Source: Eledone cirrhosa
Lineage: Eukaryota
Assembly: GCA_964016885.1 (NCBI GenBank)
Contig: OZ024740.1
Coordinates: forward strand, 429,164,001-429,228,000
DNA: 64,000 nucleotides
Direction of reading: 5' to 3'
Part shown: piece after piece, positions 44,201-54,368 of the stretch
Position numbering within the stretch: position 1 is the first letter of the stretch
Layout: the number at the start of each line of letters is the position of its first letter
Program-made: the position numbers and the translations under genes
The notes under the pieces: generated by a model
Database searches by the model: none
What the model saw: the letters and a program-made list of their open reading frames with translations, nothing else
Told to the model about the DNA's origin: nothing

Positions 44201-44797
44201 CTAACAACAACAACAGCAGCAGTACTAACAACAACAACAGTAGCAGTACTAACAACAACAACAGTAGCAGTACTAACAACAACAACAGCAGCAGTACTAA
44301 CAACAACAACAGTAGTAGTACTAACAACAACAACAGCAGCAGTACTAACAACAACAACAGTAGCAGTACTAACAACAACAACAGCAGCAGTACTAACAAC
44401 AACAACAACAGCAGTACTAACAACAACAACAGTAGCAGTACTAACAACAACAACAGCAGCAGTACTAACAACAACAACAGCAGCAGTACTAACAACAACA
44501 ACAGCAGCAGTACTAACAACAACAACAGCAGCAGTACTAACAACAACAACAGTAGCAGTACTAACAACAACAACAGTAGCAGTACTAACAACAACAACAG
44601 CAGCAGTACTAACAACACAACAGTAGCAGTACTAACAACAACAACAGCAGCAGTACTAACAACAACAACAGTAGCAGTACTAACAACAACAACAGCAGCA
44701 GTACTAACAACAACAACAGCAGCAGTACTAACAACAACAACACCAGCAGTACTAGCAACAGCAACACCAGCAGTACTAACAACACAACAGCCGCAGT
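11229..44797. repeat. 33.6-kb minisatellite, 24-bp unit ACTAACAACAACAACAGCAGCAGT, with higher-order repeats
   Basis: Continuous array (~1400 units by length/24); AGTACT at nearly every unit junction; variants agt/acc for agc; identical ORF-track entries recur at offsets 2360 (17516 vs 19876), 10500 (30056 vs 40556) and 1342 (40556 vs 41898). Confidence 0.98.
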
Positions 44798-44799
44798 AT

Positions 44800-45300
44800 G
44801 TTGATGTTATTTTTGTTGTTGTTATTTGTGGTGGTGTTGTTGTTGATGTTGATGTTGTTGTTGTTGTTATTGTTGTTATTGTTGTCATTGTTATAGTTGC
44901 TGTTGTTGTTGTTGTTGTTGTTGTTTTTCTGTTGTTGTTGCTGTTGTTAGTTCTAATGTTATTGTTGCTGTTGTTGTTGTTATTGTTGTTGTTGTTCATG
45001 TTGTTGTTGTTGGTGGTGGTGGTGGTGGTTCTAATGTTATTGTTGCTGTTGTTGTTGTTGTTTTTAATGTTGTTGTTGTTGTTGGTGGTGGTGATGGTGG
45101 TGTTGGTGTTGTTATTGTTGTTGTTTTGGGTTCTAATGTTATTGTTGCTGCTGCTGTTGTTCTTGTTGTTGTTGGTTCTAATGTTATTGTTGCTGTTATT
45201 GTTGGTGTTGTTGTTGTTGTTGTTGTTGTTGCTGTTGCTGCTGTTGTTCTTGTTGTAGCTGCTGCTGTTGCGGTTAGTGTTATTATTGTTGTATTTTATC
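44800..45300. repeat. (GTT)n-rich repeat in opposite orientation to the 24-bp array
   Basis: (GTT)n/(GCT)n with recurring motif gttctaatgttattgttgctg. Confidence 0.9.
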
Positions 45301-45442
45301 TTTTTAATATATATTTTTGTGTGTTTGTTTTCGTTGTTATTGTTACTTCTGGTCGTCACTCTCTGCTAGAAATAGCAACCAAATTTCATGAAAATCAAGC
45401 CATACCGTCTTAGAAGAATACATGTTAAATAATGAGTTTCTA

Positions 45443-45695
45443 GGTGGGTGTTGGACATACGTGGAGGGTTTCATTCCTAGACCTGGTTATGTGTTGTATT
45501 CTTGAACAAAACACTTCATTTCACGTTGCTCCAGTATACTCAGCTGAAAATGAGTACCAGCAATACCTGGGAGTTTAACACTGCGATGGATTGGTATCAT
45601 TTCATTGAGGAGACTTGTACTCCCAGTCACTTAATGCCATGGAAACCGAGATAAGTATGGGACTGTTGAGCCTCTGAGCTCGAGACAGACTTATT
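45443..45695 (+). mobile_element. Degenerate tRNA-derived SINE
   Basis: Shares gtgttgtattcttgaacaaaacacttcatttcacgttgctccagt..actcagctg..aaatgag with the SINEs at 45.9 and 46.9 kb but has a different 3' half (ctgcgatgga...atgccatggaaaccgagataag). Confidence 0.7.
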
Positions 45696-45759
45696 AGGTT
45701 CTCAACACAGAAAGACATAATGGTAATAACCTAAATAGCATTGATAGGCCATTCCAAGA

Positions 45760-45852
45760 TGTGTGTGTGACAACACACACCTATGTGTGTGTGTGTGTGA
45801 CAGCTCACACCTATGTGTATGTGTGTGTGTGTGTGTGTGTGACAGCACACAC

Positions 45853-45924
<72 letters not shown>

Positions 45925-46163
45925 CAGTTCACACCTATGCAGGTTTAGCTGGCCTCCTCCAAGGTATATCTCGTTGGAGGTGTCTTGGGTGATTTAATGA
46001 TAAGGACCTCAGTGCTATCATCTCATTTCTACAGCTGAGTAAACTGGAGCAACGTGAAATAAAGTGTCTTGCTCAAGTAAACAACACATCACCCGGTCTG
46101 AGAATTGAACTCACAACCTTTCAATTGCAAGCCCAATGCTCTAACCACTAAGCCATGCACCTT
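45760..46163 (-). mobile_element. tRNA-derived SINE with expanded tandem 3' tail
   Basis: 45922-46163 is the reverse complement of 46856-47105; A box TGGCTTAGTGG and B box GTTCAATTC on the minus strand; tail unit gacagc(t)cacacctatg+(TG)n repeated four times at 45760-45940. Confidence 0.85.
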
Positions 46164-46364
46164 CACAATCAAAGATGGACTATGGCTAAACCTCAACAAC
46201 TCGACAACGACAACGATGCTCCAGGAGCAATGAATTGTGTAGGGACTTTGTCAGGAATACACGTGGAGACTGACTTAACATTGAACTCTTTCATCTCCTC
46301 TTTCCACATATCGAAGACAACATTACCCAAAGTGTCTTTCTTGTATTATGATGGTAGAGTGTAG

Positions 46365-46645
46365 GGTGGTGGATTGGCTGATCAGTAGAGCGTCAAACAA
46401 TATACATTGTGGCATATAGTTACGGCCCTTTACGTTCTGATTTCAAATCCCACCGACGTTAAGCTTTGCCTTTCATCCTTACGGTGTCGATAAAATAAAG
46501 TAACAGCAGTGGAGATGCCCCAGAATGGCCTCAGCCTGTCAGCCGTAACACGCAAACGAGTAAAATAGTAAAACCCTGGGGTCGATTTAATCGACATTCC
46601 CCTCCCCTAAAGTTGTTGGCCTTGTATCTAAATTAGAGACCGTTT
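46365..46645 (+). mobile_element. tRNA-derived SINE of the abundant octopus type, with a ~70-bp internal insertion
   Basis: tttacgttctgatttcaaatcccaccgacgttaagctttgcctttcatccttacggtgtcgataaaataaagta...ggggtcgatttaatcgac...ggccttgtatctaaattagagacc; homologous segments at 60051, 62470 and 62915 in this window. Confidence 0.82.
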
Positions 46646-46647
46646 TG

Positions 46648-46812
46648 ATGGCAGGGTGTGATATGAAGGCAGACTTTGGCTGCTATTTCTAGCTTCTTCT
46701 CAAATGGCAGGGTGTGATATTAAGGCAGACTTTGGCTGCTATTTCTAACTTCTCCTCAAATGGCAGGGTGTGATATGAAGGCAGACTTTGGCTTCTATTT
46801 CTAGCTTCTTCG
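46648..46812. repeat. 56-bp tandem repeat, three copies (fourth copy split by a SINE)
   Basis: atggcagggtgtgatatgaaggcagactttggctgctatttctagcttcttctcaa starting at 46648, 46704, 46760; fourth copy starts at 46838 and resumes at 47117. Confidence 0.9.
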
Positions 46813-46857
46813 GCTTCTTCCCAATGTGTGGTTCATGATGGCAAGGTGTGATGTGAA

Positions 46858-47116
46858 GGCACATGGCTTAGTGGTTAGAGCATAGATAGGGCTTGCAATC
46901 GAATGGTTGTGAGTTCAATTCTCGGACCGGGTGATGTGTTGTTTCCTTGAGCAAGACACTTTATTTCACGTTGCTTCCAGTTTACTCAGCTGTAGAAATG
47001 AGATGATAGGATTGGGGGTCCCTATTATTAAATCTCCCAAGACACCTCTAACGAGATATACCTTGGAGGAGGCCAGCTAAACCTGCATAGGTGTGAGCTG
47101 TAACAACAACAAAAAC
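46858..47116 (+). mobile_element. Full-length tRNA-derived SINE with target-site duplication
   Basis: A box TGGCTTAGTGG, B box GTTCAATTC, (AAC)n/A tail; flanked by atgtgaaggca (46851-46861) and atatgaaggca (47117-47127). Confidence 0.88.
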
Positions 47117-47244
47117 ATATGAAGGCAGACTTTGGCTGCTATTTCTAGCTTCTTCTCAAACAGCCATATAGACTCTGCCTCGCTGACTCTACTTCTTCCC
47201 AACGTGTGGCTCACACTAAAACAAGATTTTATTTGACAGTTCAC

Positions 47245-47323
47245 TTAAGTGCGCGTTGGAGCAGAAGTTTTCTTCATCGTCGCTTGTACCAAGTTAATCA
47301 ATATAGATTTTCGATAATCTGCA
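47245..47323 (-). CDS. Putative terminal coding exon of an unidentified host gene (ADYRKSILINLVQATMKKTSAPTRT*)
   Basis: Long pyrimidine tract and tgtag acceptor on the minus strand; TAA at 47245-47247; AATAAA at 47228-47233 just downstream; phase 2 matches the donor at 62664. Confidence 0.5.
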
Positions 47324-47549
47324 CTACATTGATTTAGGTAGAAGGAAATTGGAAAATAATATAATAAAATATAGAAAACAATAATGTGGATTAAAGATTT
47401 TGATGGAATACCTGAATTCATACTAGTTAAAGAAATCATTTTATTAAATTAACAAATTATTCGACACAAAAGATAACTGAATTTCTACATTAAATCCATT
47501 CTCTCCCGATCACCATCTGTCAGTTATTAGGAATAAGCAATCAAGATAT

Positions 47550-47654
47550 ATTTGTTTGTGTACGTGTATGTGTGTATATGTATGTGTCTGTATATATGTG
47601 TGTGTGTGTATAAGTGTGTGTATATATATGTATATATTTGTGTGTATGTGTGTG

Positions 47655-47752
<98 letters not shown>

Positions 47753-48068
47753 TAACTATGTGCGCATATATGTATGTAGATGTGTGTGAGTGTACGTACG
47801 TACGTATGTATGAATGTGTCTGTATATATGTTTGTGTGTCTGTATATATGTGTGTGTGTATATATGTGTGTATGTCTATATGTATGTATATATATGTGTG
47901 TATGTGTGTATATATGTATGCGTATGTATGTGTACATATATATATGTAGATATGTGTGTGTATGTATGAATGTGTGTATATATGTGTATATGTGTATATA
48001 TATGTATGTATATATGTATGTATATACATGTGTATATATGTATATATGTATATATGTATGTATATATG
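47550..48068. repeat. (TG)n/(TA)n compound microsatellite
   Basis: Directly visible. Confidence 0.95.
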
Positions 48069-48745
48069 TTGTTATACTTGGGGAGGGTCATATTTGTGTA
48101 ATATTGCCAGAATTAATAAGAGAGGCCAGTGAAATAGAAATTAGAAGACCAAGGCTAAACAGAAAGAATGAATGGAATAACAACAACACCCAAACAAACA
48201 ACACTGACCTAAGAGAACTATAAATAAGTAAATAAAATAAAATAAATAAATAAATAAATACATACACAAGCACAATAACAACAAGCACATAAACACACAC
48301 TAGTCACCCATCACACAGCAAACAAAACACTATACACACACGCAAACGCATGCGCAAAGAAGACAAAATAAAATAAACAAACAAGCAAATAAATAAATAA
48401 ATATATAGACAGACTGAATAAAAATGGCGTAGACATACAATACAACAGGAGGAAAATATAACACCACTGACGATGTTGCAGATGTGCAACGAAAGATTTA
48501 TGATAAACTATATATATGTGTTTGTGTCTATATTGTATCTGTATTATTTTTGACCGTCGGTCAGTCAATGGCAACATTGAGGACCGAGTAAGTTAGATTA
48601 CCGATATAAAAGACACAGAAGCGAGAAGCGAAAACCAACCAAACAGTGAGTGTGTTCTGTTATTAATTCTGGCAATATTACACAAATATGACCCTCCCCA
48701 AGTATAACAATATTTGTTTCGACACACGATTTCATATAAAAAACC
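48069..48745 (+). mobile_element. Severely 5'-truncated PLE (last codons + 3' terminal region) with 51-bp perfect inverted repeat
   Basis: Encodes IREASEIEIRRPRLNRKNEWN, homologous to ITEAINIKKLQPKLNRKYEWN of the PLE at 51209; arms 48069-48119 / 48660-48710; 48688-48742 is homologous to the reverse complement of 50783-50837. Confidence 0.85.
48467..48494 (+). ncRNA. Hammerhead core (CTGACGA - stem II - GAAA)
   Basis: CTGACGA-T-GTTGCA-gatg-TGCAAC-GAAA; stems I and III not resolved by eye. Confidence 0.6.
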
Positions 48746-48769
48746 TCGCAAAACTAATTCATCGCCGCT

Positions 48770-48903
48770 ATGTATATATGTATATATATATATAAATATA
48801 CACATGTATGTATACATCTATGAATATATGTATATATATATATGTATGTATATATGTATGTGTGTATGCATGTATTCATATTTATATATATGTGGGGGGG
48901 GGC

Positions 48904-48940
<37 letters not shown>

Positions 48941-49935
48941 TATGTACGTATGTATTTACGTATACATGTATGTATATTGTATATATGTGCGCATGTGTGA
49001 GTATGTATACATATATATATATATATATTATAAATTATTTTGTTTTTCTGTATGTGTATGTGTGGGTGTTTTGTGGATGTGTCTCGTTGTGTGTCTGTGT
49101 GTTTATGTGTGTGCCTGTGTGTGTGTCTCTGTGTGTGTGTATGTGTGTGTCTGTGTGTGTGTATGTGTGTGTCTGTGTGTGTGTCTGTGTGTGTATGTGT
49201 GTGTGTCTGCGTGTGTCTGTGTGTGTATCTGTGTGTCTGTGTGTGTGTATGTGTGTGTCTGTGTGTGTGTATGCGTGTGTCTGTGTGTGTGTTTATGTGT
49301 GTGTATGTGTGTCTCTGTGTGAGTGTATGTGAGTGTGTGTGTATGTTTGTGTCTGCGTGTGTCTGTGTGTGTGTATGTGTGTCTCTGTGTGAGTGTATGT
49401 GTGTGTCTGTGTGTGTCTGTGTGTGTGTATGCGTGTGTATGTGTGTGTGTATGCGTGTGTCTGTGTGTGTGTATGCGTGTGTCTGTGTGTGTGTATGGGT
49501 GTGTATGTGTGTGTGTATGCGTGTGTCTGTGTGTGTGTATGCGTGTGTCTGTGTGTGTGTATGGGTGTGTATGTGTGTGTCTGTGTGTGTGTATGTGTGT
49601 GTCTTTGCGTGTGTGTATGTGTGTGTTTGTGTGTGTGCATGCGTGTGTGCAGACAATACTAAAAATGGTTGTTTATCAATGTGAGGTGCGTTGAAGCGCC
49701 AGAAGAAAAAAATATATCCTTTTTAGCATGCGAACTCCTTTAGTTTAGATACACGTACACACACACACGTATGTGTGTGTGTACGTGTGTGTGTGAGAGC
49801 GAGAGAGTGAGTGCTTGAGTGTGTGTGTGTGAATGTGTGAGTGTGTGAGTATGTGTGTCATTGTGTGTGAGTGTTTGTGTGTGTGTGTCTGTGTGTGTGT
49901 GCGTGTGTGTGCGTGTGTGTGCGTGTGTGTGTCTG
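48770..49935. repeat. (TG)n-rich compound microsatellite
   Basis: Directly visible; C/V and H/T pseudo-ORFs. Confidence 0.95.
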
Positions 49936-50086
49936 CGATGCTGAGACTGGAGGCTACTACAGCATGGGCATACTCAATGCATGGGAAGATACCAAGTGGA
50001 TATAGAGAGACAGAAGCTGAAACCGCTCGGCATCGTATTCGGGTTTATACCTCTCCCTTTCTGTCTATCTCTCTCACTCTCTCTCA

Positions 50087-50152
<66 letters not shown>

Positions 50153-50187
50153 AGAAGTTATATTTAATTTAGGGCACTAAACAGTTA

Positions 50188-50466
50188 CATGATATTAAAT
50201 AAATGGAAACTATATATATAATACCATATTTATTTTATTATATATATTTCAAGGGAAACGAAGCCAACCTTGGTGCGCTTCATCAGATAAAAAAGTGAAT
50301 TTGAGACCGATAAGGTATGAGTTTCATGGGTACGTCTCTATTTATAAAACAAACTTTGTATTTTATCTGATGAAAGCGCACCAAGGTTGGCTTGGTTGCC
50401 CTTCAAATATATATAATAAAATAAATATGGTTTTATAAATATAGTTTCTATTTATTTAATATCATG
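50188..50466. mobile_element. Short fold-back element with hammerhead motif in each arm
   Basis: Arms 50188-50292 / 50361-50466, 68-bp spacer, (TA)n immediately to the right. Confidence 0.8.
50233..50292 (-). ncRNA. Minimal type I hammerhead ribozyme motif
   Basis: Minus strand TTTTAT-CTGATGA-agcg...ccctt-GAAA-TATATA-TA-ATAAAA: 6-bp stem I, palindromic stem III, weak stem II. The plus-arm copy (CTGATGA at 50367) has CAAA instead of GAAA. Confidence 0.65.
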
Positions 50467-50467
50467 G

Positions 50468-50516
<49 letters not shown>

Positions 50517-50597
50517 CGAAGGAATTGTGGTAAGGAACCAGGTGGACCATAACGCACCAGAGTACTCAATACATAGTGTAGTAGAGTGGGTAATAGA

Positions 50598-50717
50598 AAA
50601 AGGTATGACCCAGACGGCAGAGCTCAAGCCGTTTCGACGGCTATTTCTTGACAAAAATAGCCGTCCAGAAATAACCGTTGAAACGGCTTGAGCTCTGCCG
50701 TCGGGGTCATACCTTTT
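50598..50717. repeat. Near-perfect 51-bp-arm GC-rich hairpin inside a ~205-bp insert between (TA)n tracts
   Basis: Arms 50598-50648 / 50667-50717; a third internal copy of aaatagccgtc lies in the loop. Confidence 0.88.
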
Positions 50718-50977
50718 CCTATATATATATATATATATATACATCTATATATATTTCGTTTCTGAATTTGTTTAGCAAGATTCTTTATCTGAAATCGTGT
50801 GTTGAAACCGATATTGTTATACTTTGGGAGGGTCATGTTGCCAATAAGAAACACACGCACCAGTTGCTTTCACTTCAATTTATTATAATAAATTTATAAT
50901 AAATTTATAAATTTATAAATTTCTGGTTGGTTGGGTGGATCCACAACCAGATAGTTGTTTATATATTGTCATAGTTC

Positions 50978-51006
50978 TTTCGTCACACACTCTGTGACCT
51001 CTTCAG
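50978..51006 (-). ncRNA. Hammerhead core (CTGAAGA - stem II - GAAA)
   Basis: CTGAAGA-G-GTCACA-gagtg-TGTGAC-GAAA, at the same relative position as the core at 48467, with compensatory stem changes. Confidence 0.65.
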
Positions 51007-51208
51007 TGACTGGGGATTCCTTTCTTTGTTTCTGTGCCTCTCCTTTGTTCTGTCCTACGCCATTTTTCTGTGTGTGTGTTGTGTGCTAAGTCTGCGCATG
51101 CGCCACATCCGGGTGTTTGTGTGTGTTTATGTTCATTTATTTATTTGTTTATTTACATGTTACTGGTTGGTTGTTTGTTCTATGTGTGTGTGTGTTTTCA
51201 TTTTGTCC

Positions 51209-52745
51209 TTAATTGTAAGTTGTGATGTTGCTGTTCCACTCATATTTTCTATTTAATTTTGGTTGTAATTTTTTTATGTTTATTGCCTCTGTAATTTGTC
51301 TAAACATTGCGTCTTTTCTGTGTGTGGATTCTATTTTTATTTCTATGTTCTCTAATTTACCCTTGTGTTCTATTTTAGCATGTTGGTAGAATACAGATGA
51401 TTCTTTACTATCTTGAAGGTCTCGCCAGTGTTCATTTATCCGTTCCCCTACACTACGAGCTGTCTCACCTATGTACACTATATTTTTGTCTCTACAGTGT
51501 CCTTCAGTACATCTTATGCTATACACTACATTTCTAGTTTTACAGTTAATATGGGGGCTTATTTTACAGGTTATACATTTCTTATCTATACATGAGGGTC
51601 TTTGAAAAGGGTATGTCTTGCTAATAAGTGTTTTTACGGAGGTACCTGGTCTTTCTACTATCTTAATATTGAGTTTATGTTTATTTAGGGCCCTTCTAAA
51701 TTTGTAAGCTAATTCACCTGTAGGGGTTGTATCGATGAACATTACACTCTGGTATTTATTGCTAACATACCGTGAGTTTATTCTATTAGCCTTGTTCCTA
51801 GTTCTTTCTATTCTATTCCAAAATTTGCTCCTATACAAGGGGCAGGTCCCATTTATGTCATTATTTACCATTTTTTCATATTTGGTTCTGGCTCCTCTAT
51901 ACACTCTGATTTTATCTCTCTGATTGTAGCCAGAGAACTGCATACGGTGGATGAAGTGTTGTATGTGTCTCTCTAGTTCTTCGGGTTGCACATGCGGGAC
52001 ACGTTTCTCATCACCCGTACCAAATCCGCAATCAGTATGTTGATTTTGGTATGGTCCGAAACGGCCGAGTTTAGGTGGATCAGATGTTTGGAAGTCATGG
52101 GTTTGGCATAATGGGAATGGAGAATTTGTTTTTTGTTGTTAATGGTATCTAACCAGAGCTCTGTGTCTAGTATAGGTAATCGATGGTTGGGGTGTTTACT
52201 TGGGTAGTCTATAATAAATCTAATGCTCTGGTGGATGGAGTTTGCTATTTTCTGGATGCTTTCCATTGTGTTTTTCTCTCGTTCCTGACTGTTTTCTAGT
52301 GGGGGTGTCTTAACTACGATGTTTATATCATCAACGTAGCGGGAGTACATTATCAGGGTTAAGGGGTCTTCTAATTGTTCTTTAAGTTTAAGTTTAAGTT
52401 TAAGTCTACTGTCCCACCATACCATGAATAAGTTAGCTATGTCGCCTGCAATGCTAACACCAATGGCTGCTCCTTCCTCTTGGGCATATGTTTTTCCATT
52501 AAATTTGAACATATGTTCCTTAAGGGTTAGTTTTATGCTGGCCCCTACCGCATGTGCAATCATTTTCTTCAGTTCATCGTGGTTTTCGGGTGTCCGTATG
52601 GCTCTGGTCCACCCGTTCCATCTATCTGTGTGGGTTTTCTTGACCATTGACGTAATGGTAGGTGGTCTGCCTCTTGCTGGTCTTGTAGGGCACAGGTTGC
52701 TAAGGTCATATGTGTCTAGGTAATTATTACTATAGGTAAGCTTAA
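51209..52745 (-). pseudogene. PLE RT/GIY-YIG ORF remnant, 5'-truncated, one frameshift near 51985
   Basis: GAAIGVSIAGDIANLFMVWWD, YSRYVDD, LPILDTELW, HYAKPM; second frame CIDKKCITC, NCKTRNVVYSIRC...VYIGETARSVGERINEH, RQITEAINI...LN. Confidence 0.88.
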
Positions 52746-52847
52746 GTATATATATAATAAAAAATTGAACGGCAACAGAACAGAGAGGCAGTACGAACAA
52801 AGGTTTATTAGTTTCACGCTCTTGAGAGTGAGGTGGTGGTGGGGAAC

Positions 52848-52875
52848 GACGTTTCGGGCATAAGCCCCTCTTCAG
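52848..52875 (-). ncRNA. Minimal hammerhead ribozyme motif in the 3' pLTR
   Basis: CTGAAGA-G-GGGC-ttat-GCCC-GAAAC-GTC with palindromic ACGT stem III. Confidence 0.75.
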
Positions 52876-54368
52876 CTGAAAAGTGTGTGGGAAGAGAGTT
52901 GCAAGGGTGTGTAGGGGAGTGGATGAGAGACATATAGAAAAAAGGGGATGAGAGGAAACGGTACAAATGAAATTAAATATAAAAGCATGATAAAAATAAA
53001 AATAAACATGAAGTTAAACAGGTGGTAGAAGAGTGTGGGGAGTGTAGGGGTGGTGGCCGGTGGAGTGGGGAGAGGGAGGAGGGGTGTCCGAGCGGGGAGG
53101 GCTGAAGGTGGTGTGTGTGTGTAGGTGTACATGTGTGTGTGTGTGTGTATGTGAAAGTAAGAGTTGGGGGAAGAATGGGGTTGCATCTTCAGGAAGAGGT
53201 GTGTGTGGGGTGGGGTTTAGGTCGGAGTGGGTGTGCGTGTATGGATGGGGGGGGGGTCAGAGAGGTGGGAGGAGAGGATTCTGGAGGCTGAGTGTGTAAA
53301 TATGTGGTGGTACGCACGTGTGTGGTGTTTATGCGTGTTGTGGATATAGGTGGCGTGTGGGAAAAAGAATTTTTTGAGTGTATGTCAGTGAGTGAGACCC
53401 TAAGGTAGTTCCGTAGAGGATGTGGTGGAATGCTGGGTAATATCCTTGGGATGTGGTGGATTCTAGGGATCGATGTTCACATATGTGTAATCCGTGAAGA
53501 GATTGGTCGGAAGGCGGGAGATGTGGGGTGCGCGCGTAACAGGAAGTGGTCAGAGGGTCAAGGCAGGAGGAGGGTTGTGTGTCTGTGTGTGCGGGGAGGT
53601 GGTCAGAGATAAGGGCATAGCAGCAGTCGGGTAGAATGGTAAGTGAAGAAAGTCGGTGTGTCAGTGTGTGCGGAGGTGCGGTGGACAGGGGAGAGGATGG
53701 GTAGGTGTGAAAGTTGGAGTGGGGAGGGGGGGGTATTAGTAGAGGTGTTAGTGGGATGTGTGTGTGTGTGAGAAAGGGTGTGCGGTGGAAAGGGGAGAGA
53801 AGGGTGTGGGGGCCGGTGGAGGGAGATTAGTGTACTGGTGTTTGTATGCGTTTTTGGATGAGTGTGTGTGTGGTGAAGGGGGTGTTAGTATACTGGAGGT
53901 GGGGAAAGGGTGGAATGCGGGTGTGAGTGGGGGTCAGTGGTGGTAGAGTGTGTAGAGTGGGTGGTGTAAGAGGGTGTGTTTGTTCGTGTGCGTAGGGTTG
54001 GGGGTGTTAGTGATGTTAGTTGCGTGTAGAGTTGGTGGTGTAAGTGGGTGTGTGTGTTCGTGTGCTTGGGGTCGGGGGGTGTCAGTGATGTTAGTTGCGG
54101 GGTGGTGGGTGGATGTGTGGGGGTGAGGGTTAGTGGTGGTAGTAGGGTGCGTGTTTAGTGTGAGCGCGTGTATATATGTACCGGTGGGTGTGTGCGTGTG
54201 ATAAGGAGGGGGAAGAAGGGAGGGATATCAGTATGTTAGTTGGGGAAGGGTGGTCGGGTGTGGGGTGGAGGTGTTAGTATTGTTAGTTGTGGGGTGGGCG
54301 GTGAAAAGGATGGGTGTGTTAGTGGTGTTAGTGGGGGATATGTGTGGGGGGAGTGGGGCGGTCGAAGG

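Larger units (their letters stand above)
50770..52745 (-). mobile_element. 5'-truncated PLE (RT + GIY-YIG), possibly Nematis-like
   Basis: Coding remnant 51209-52745 followed by a 3' terminal region homologous to 48225-48745. Confidence 0.82.

Noticed and set aside
11229-44797. CRISPR-like or telomeric array
   Set aside because: No unique spacers, no cas genes, no TTAGGG tract; eukaryotic context.
11354-45359. Poly-Leu/Val 'membrane protein' ORFs up to 1232 aa
   Set aside because: Antisense readings of the 24-bp satellite with TTG/GTG starts.
46858-46930. tRNA gene
   Set aside because: A/B boxes continue into a SINE body with tail and TSD; second copy nearby.
49936-50035. 10-bp inverted repeat enclosing ctggagg...gaaac
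   Set aside because: Two core mismatches and no NUH triplet; could be chance.
53184-53195. Second CTGAAGA in the pLTR (minus strand)
   Set aside because: No stem II or GAAA follows.
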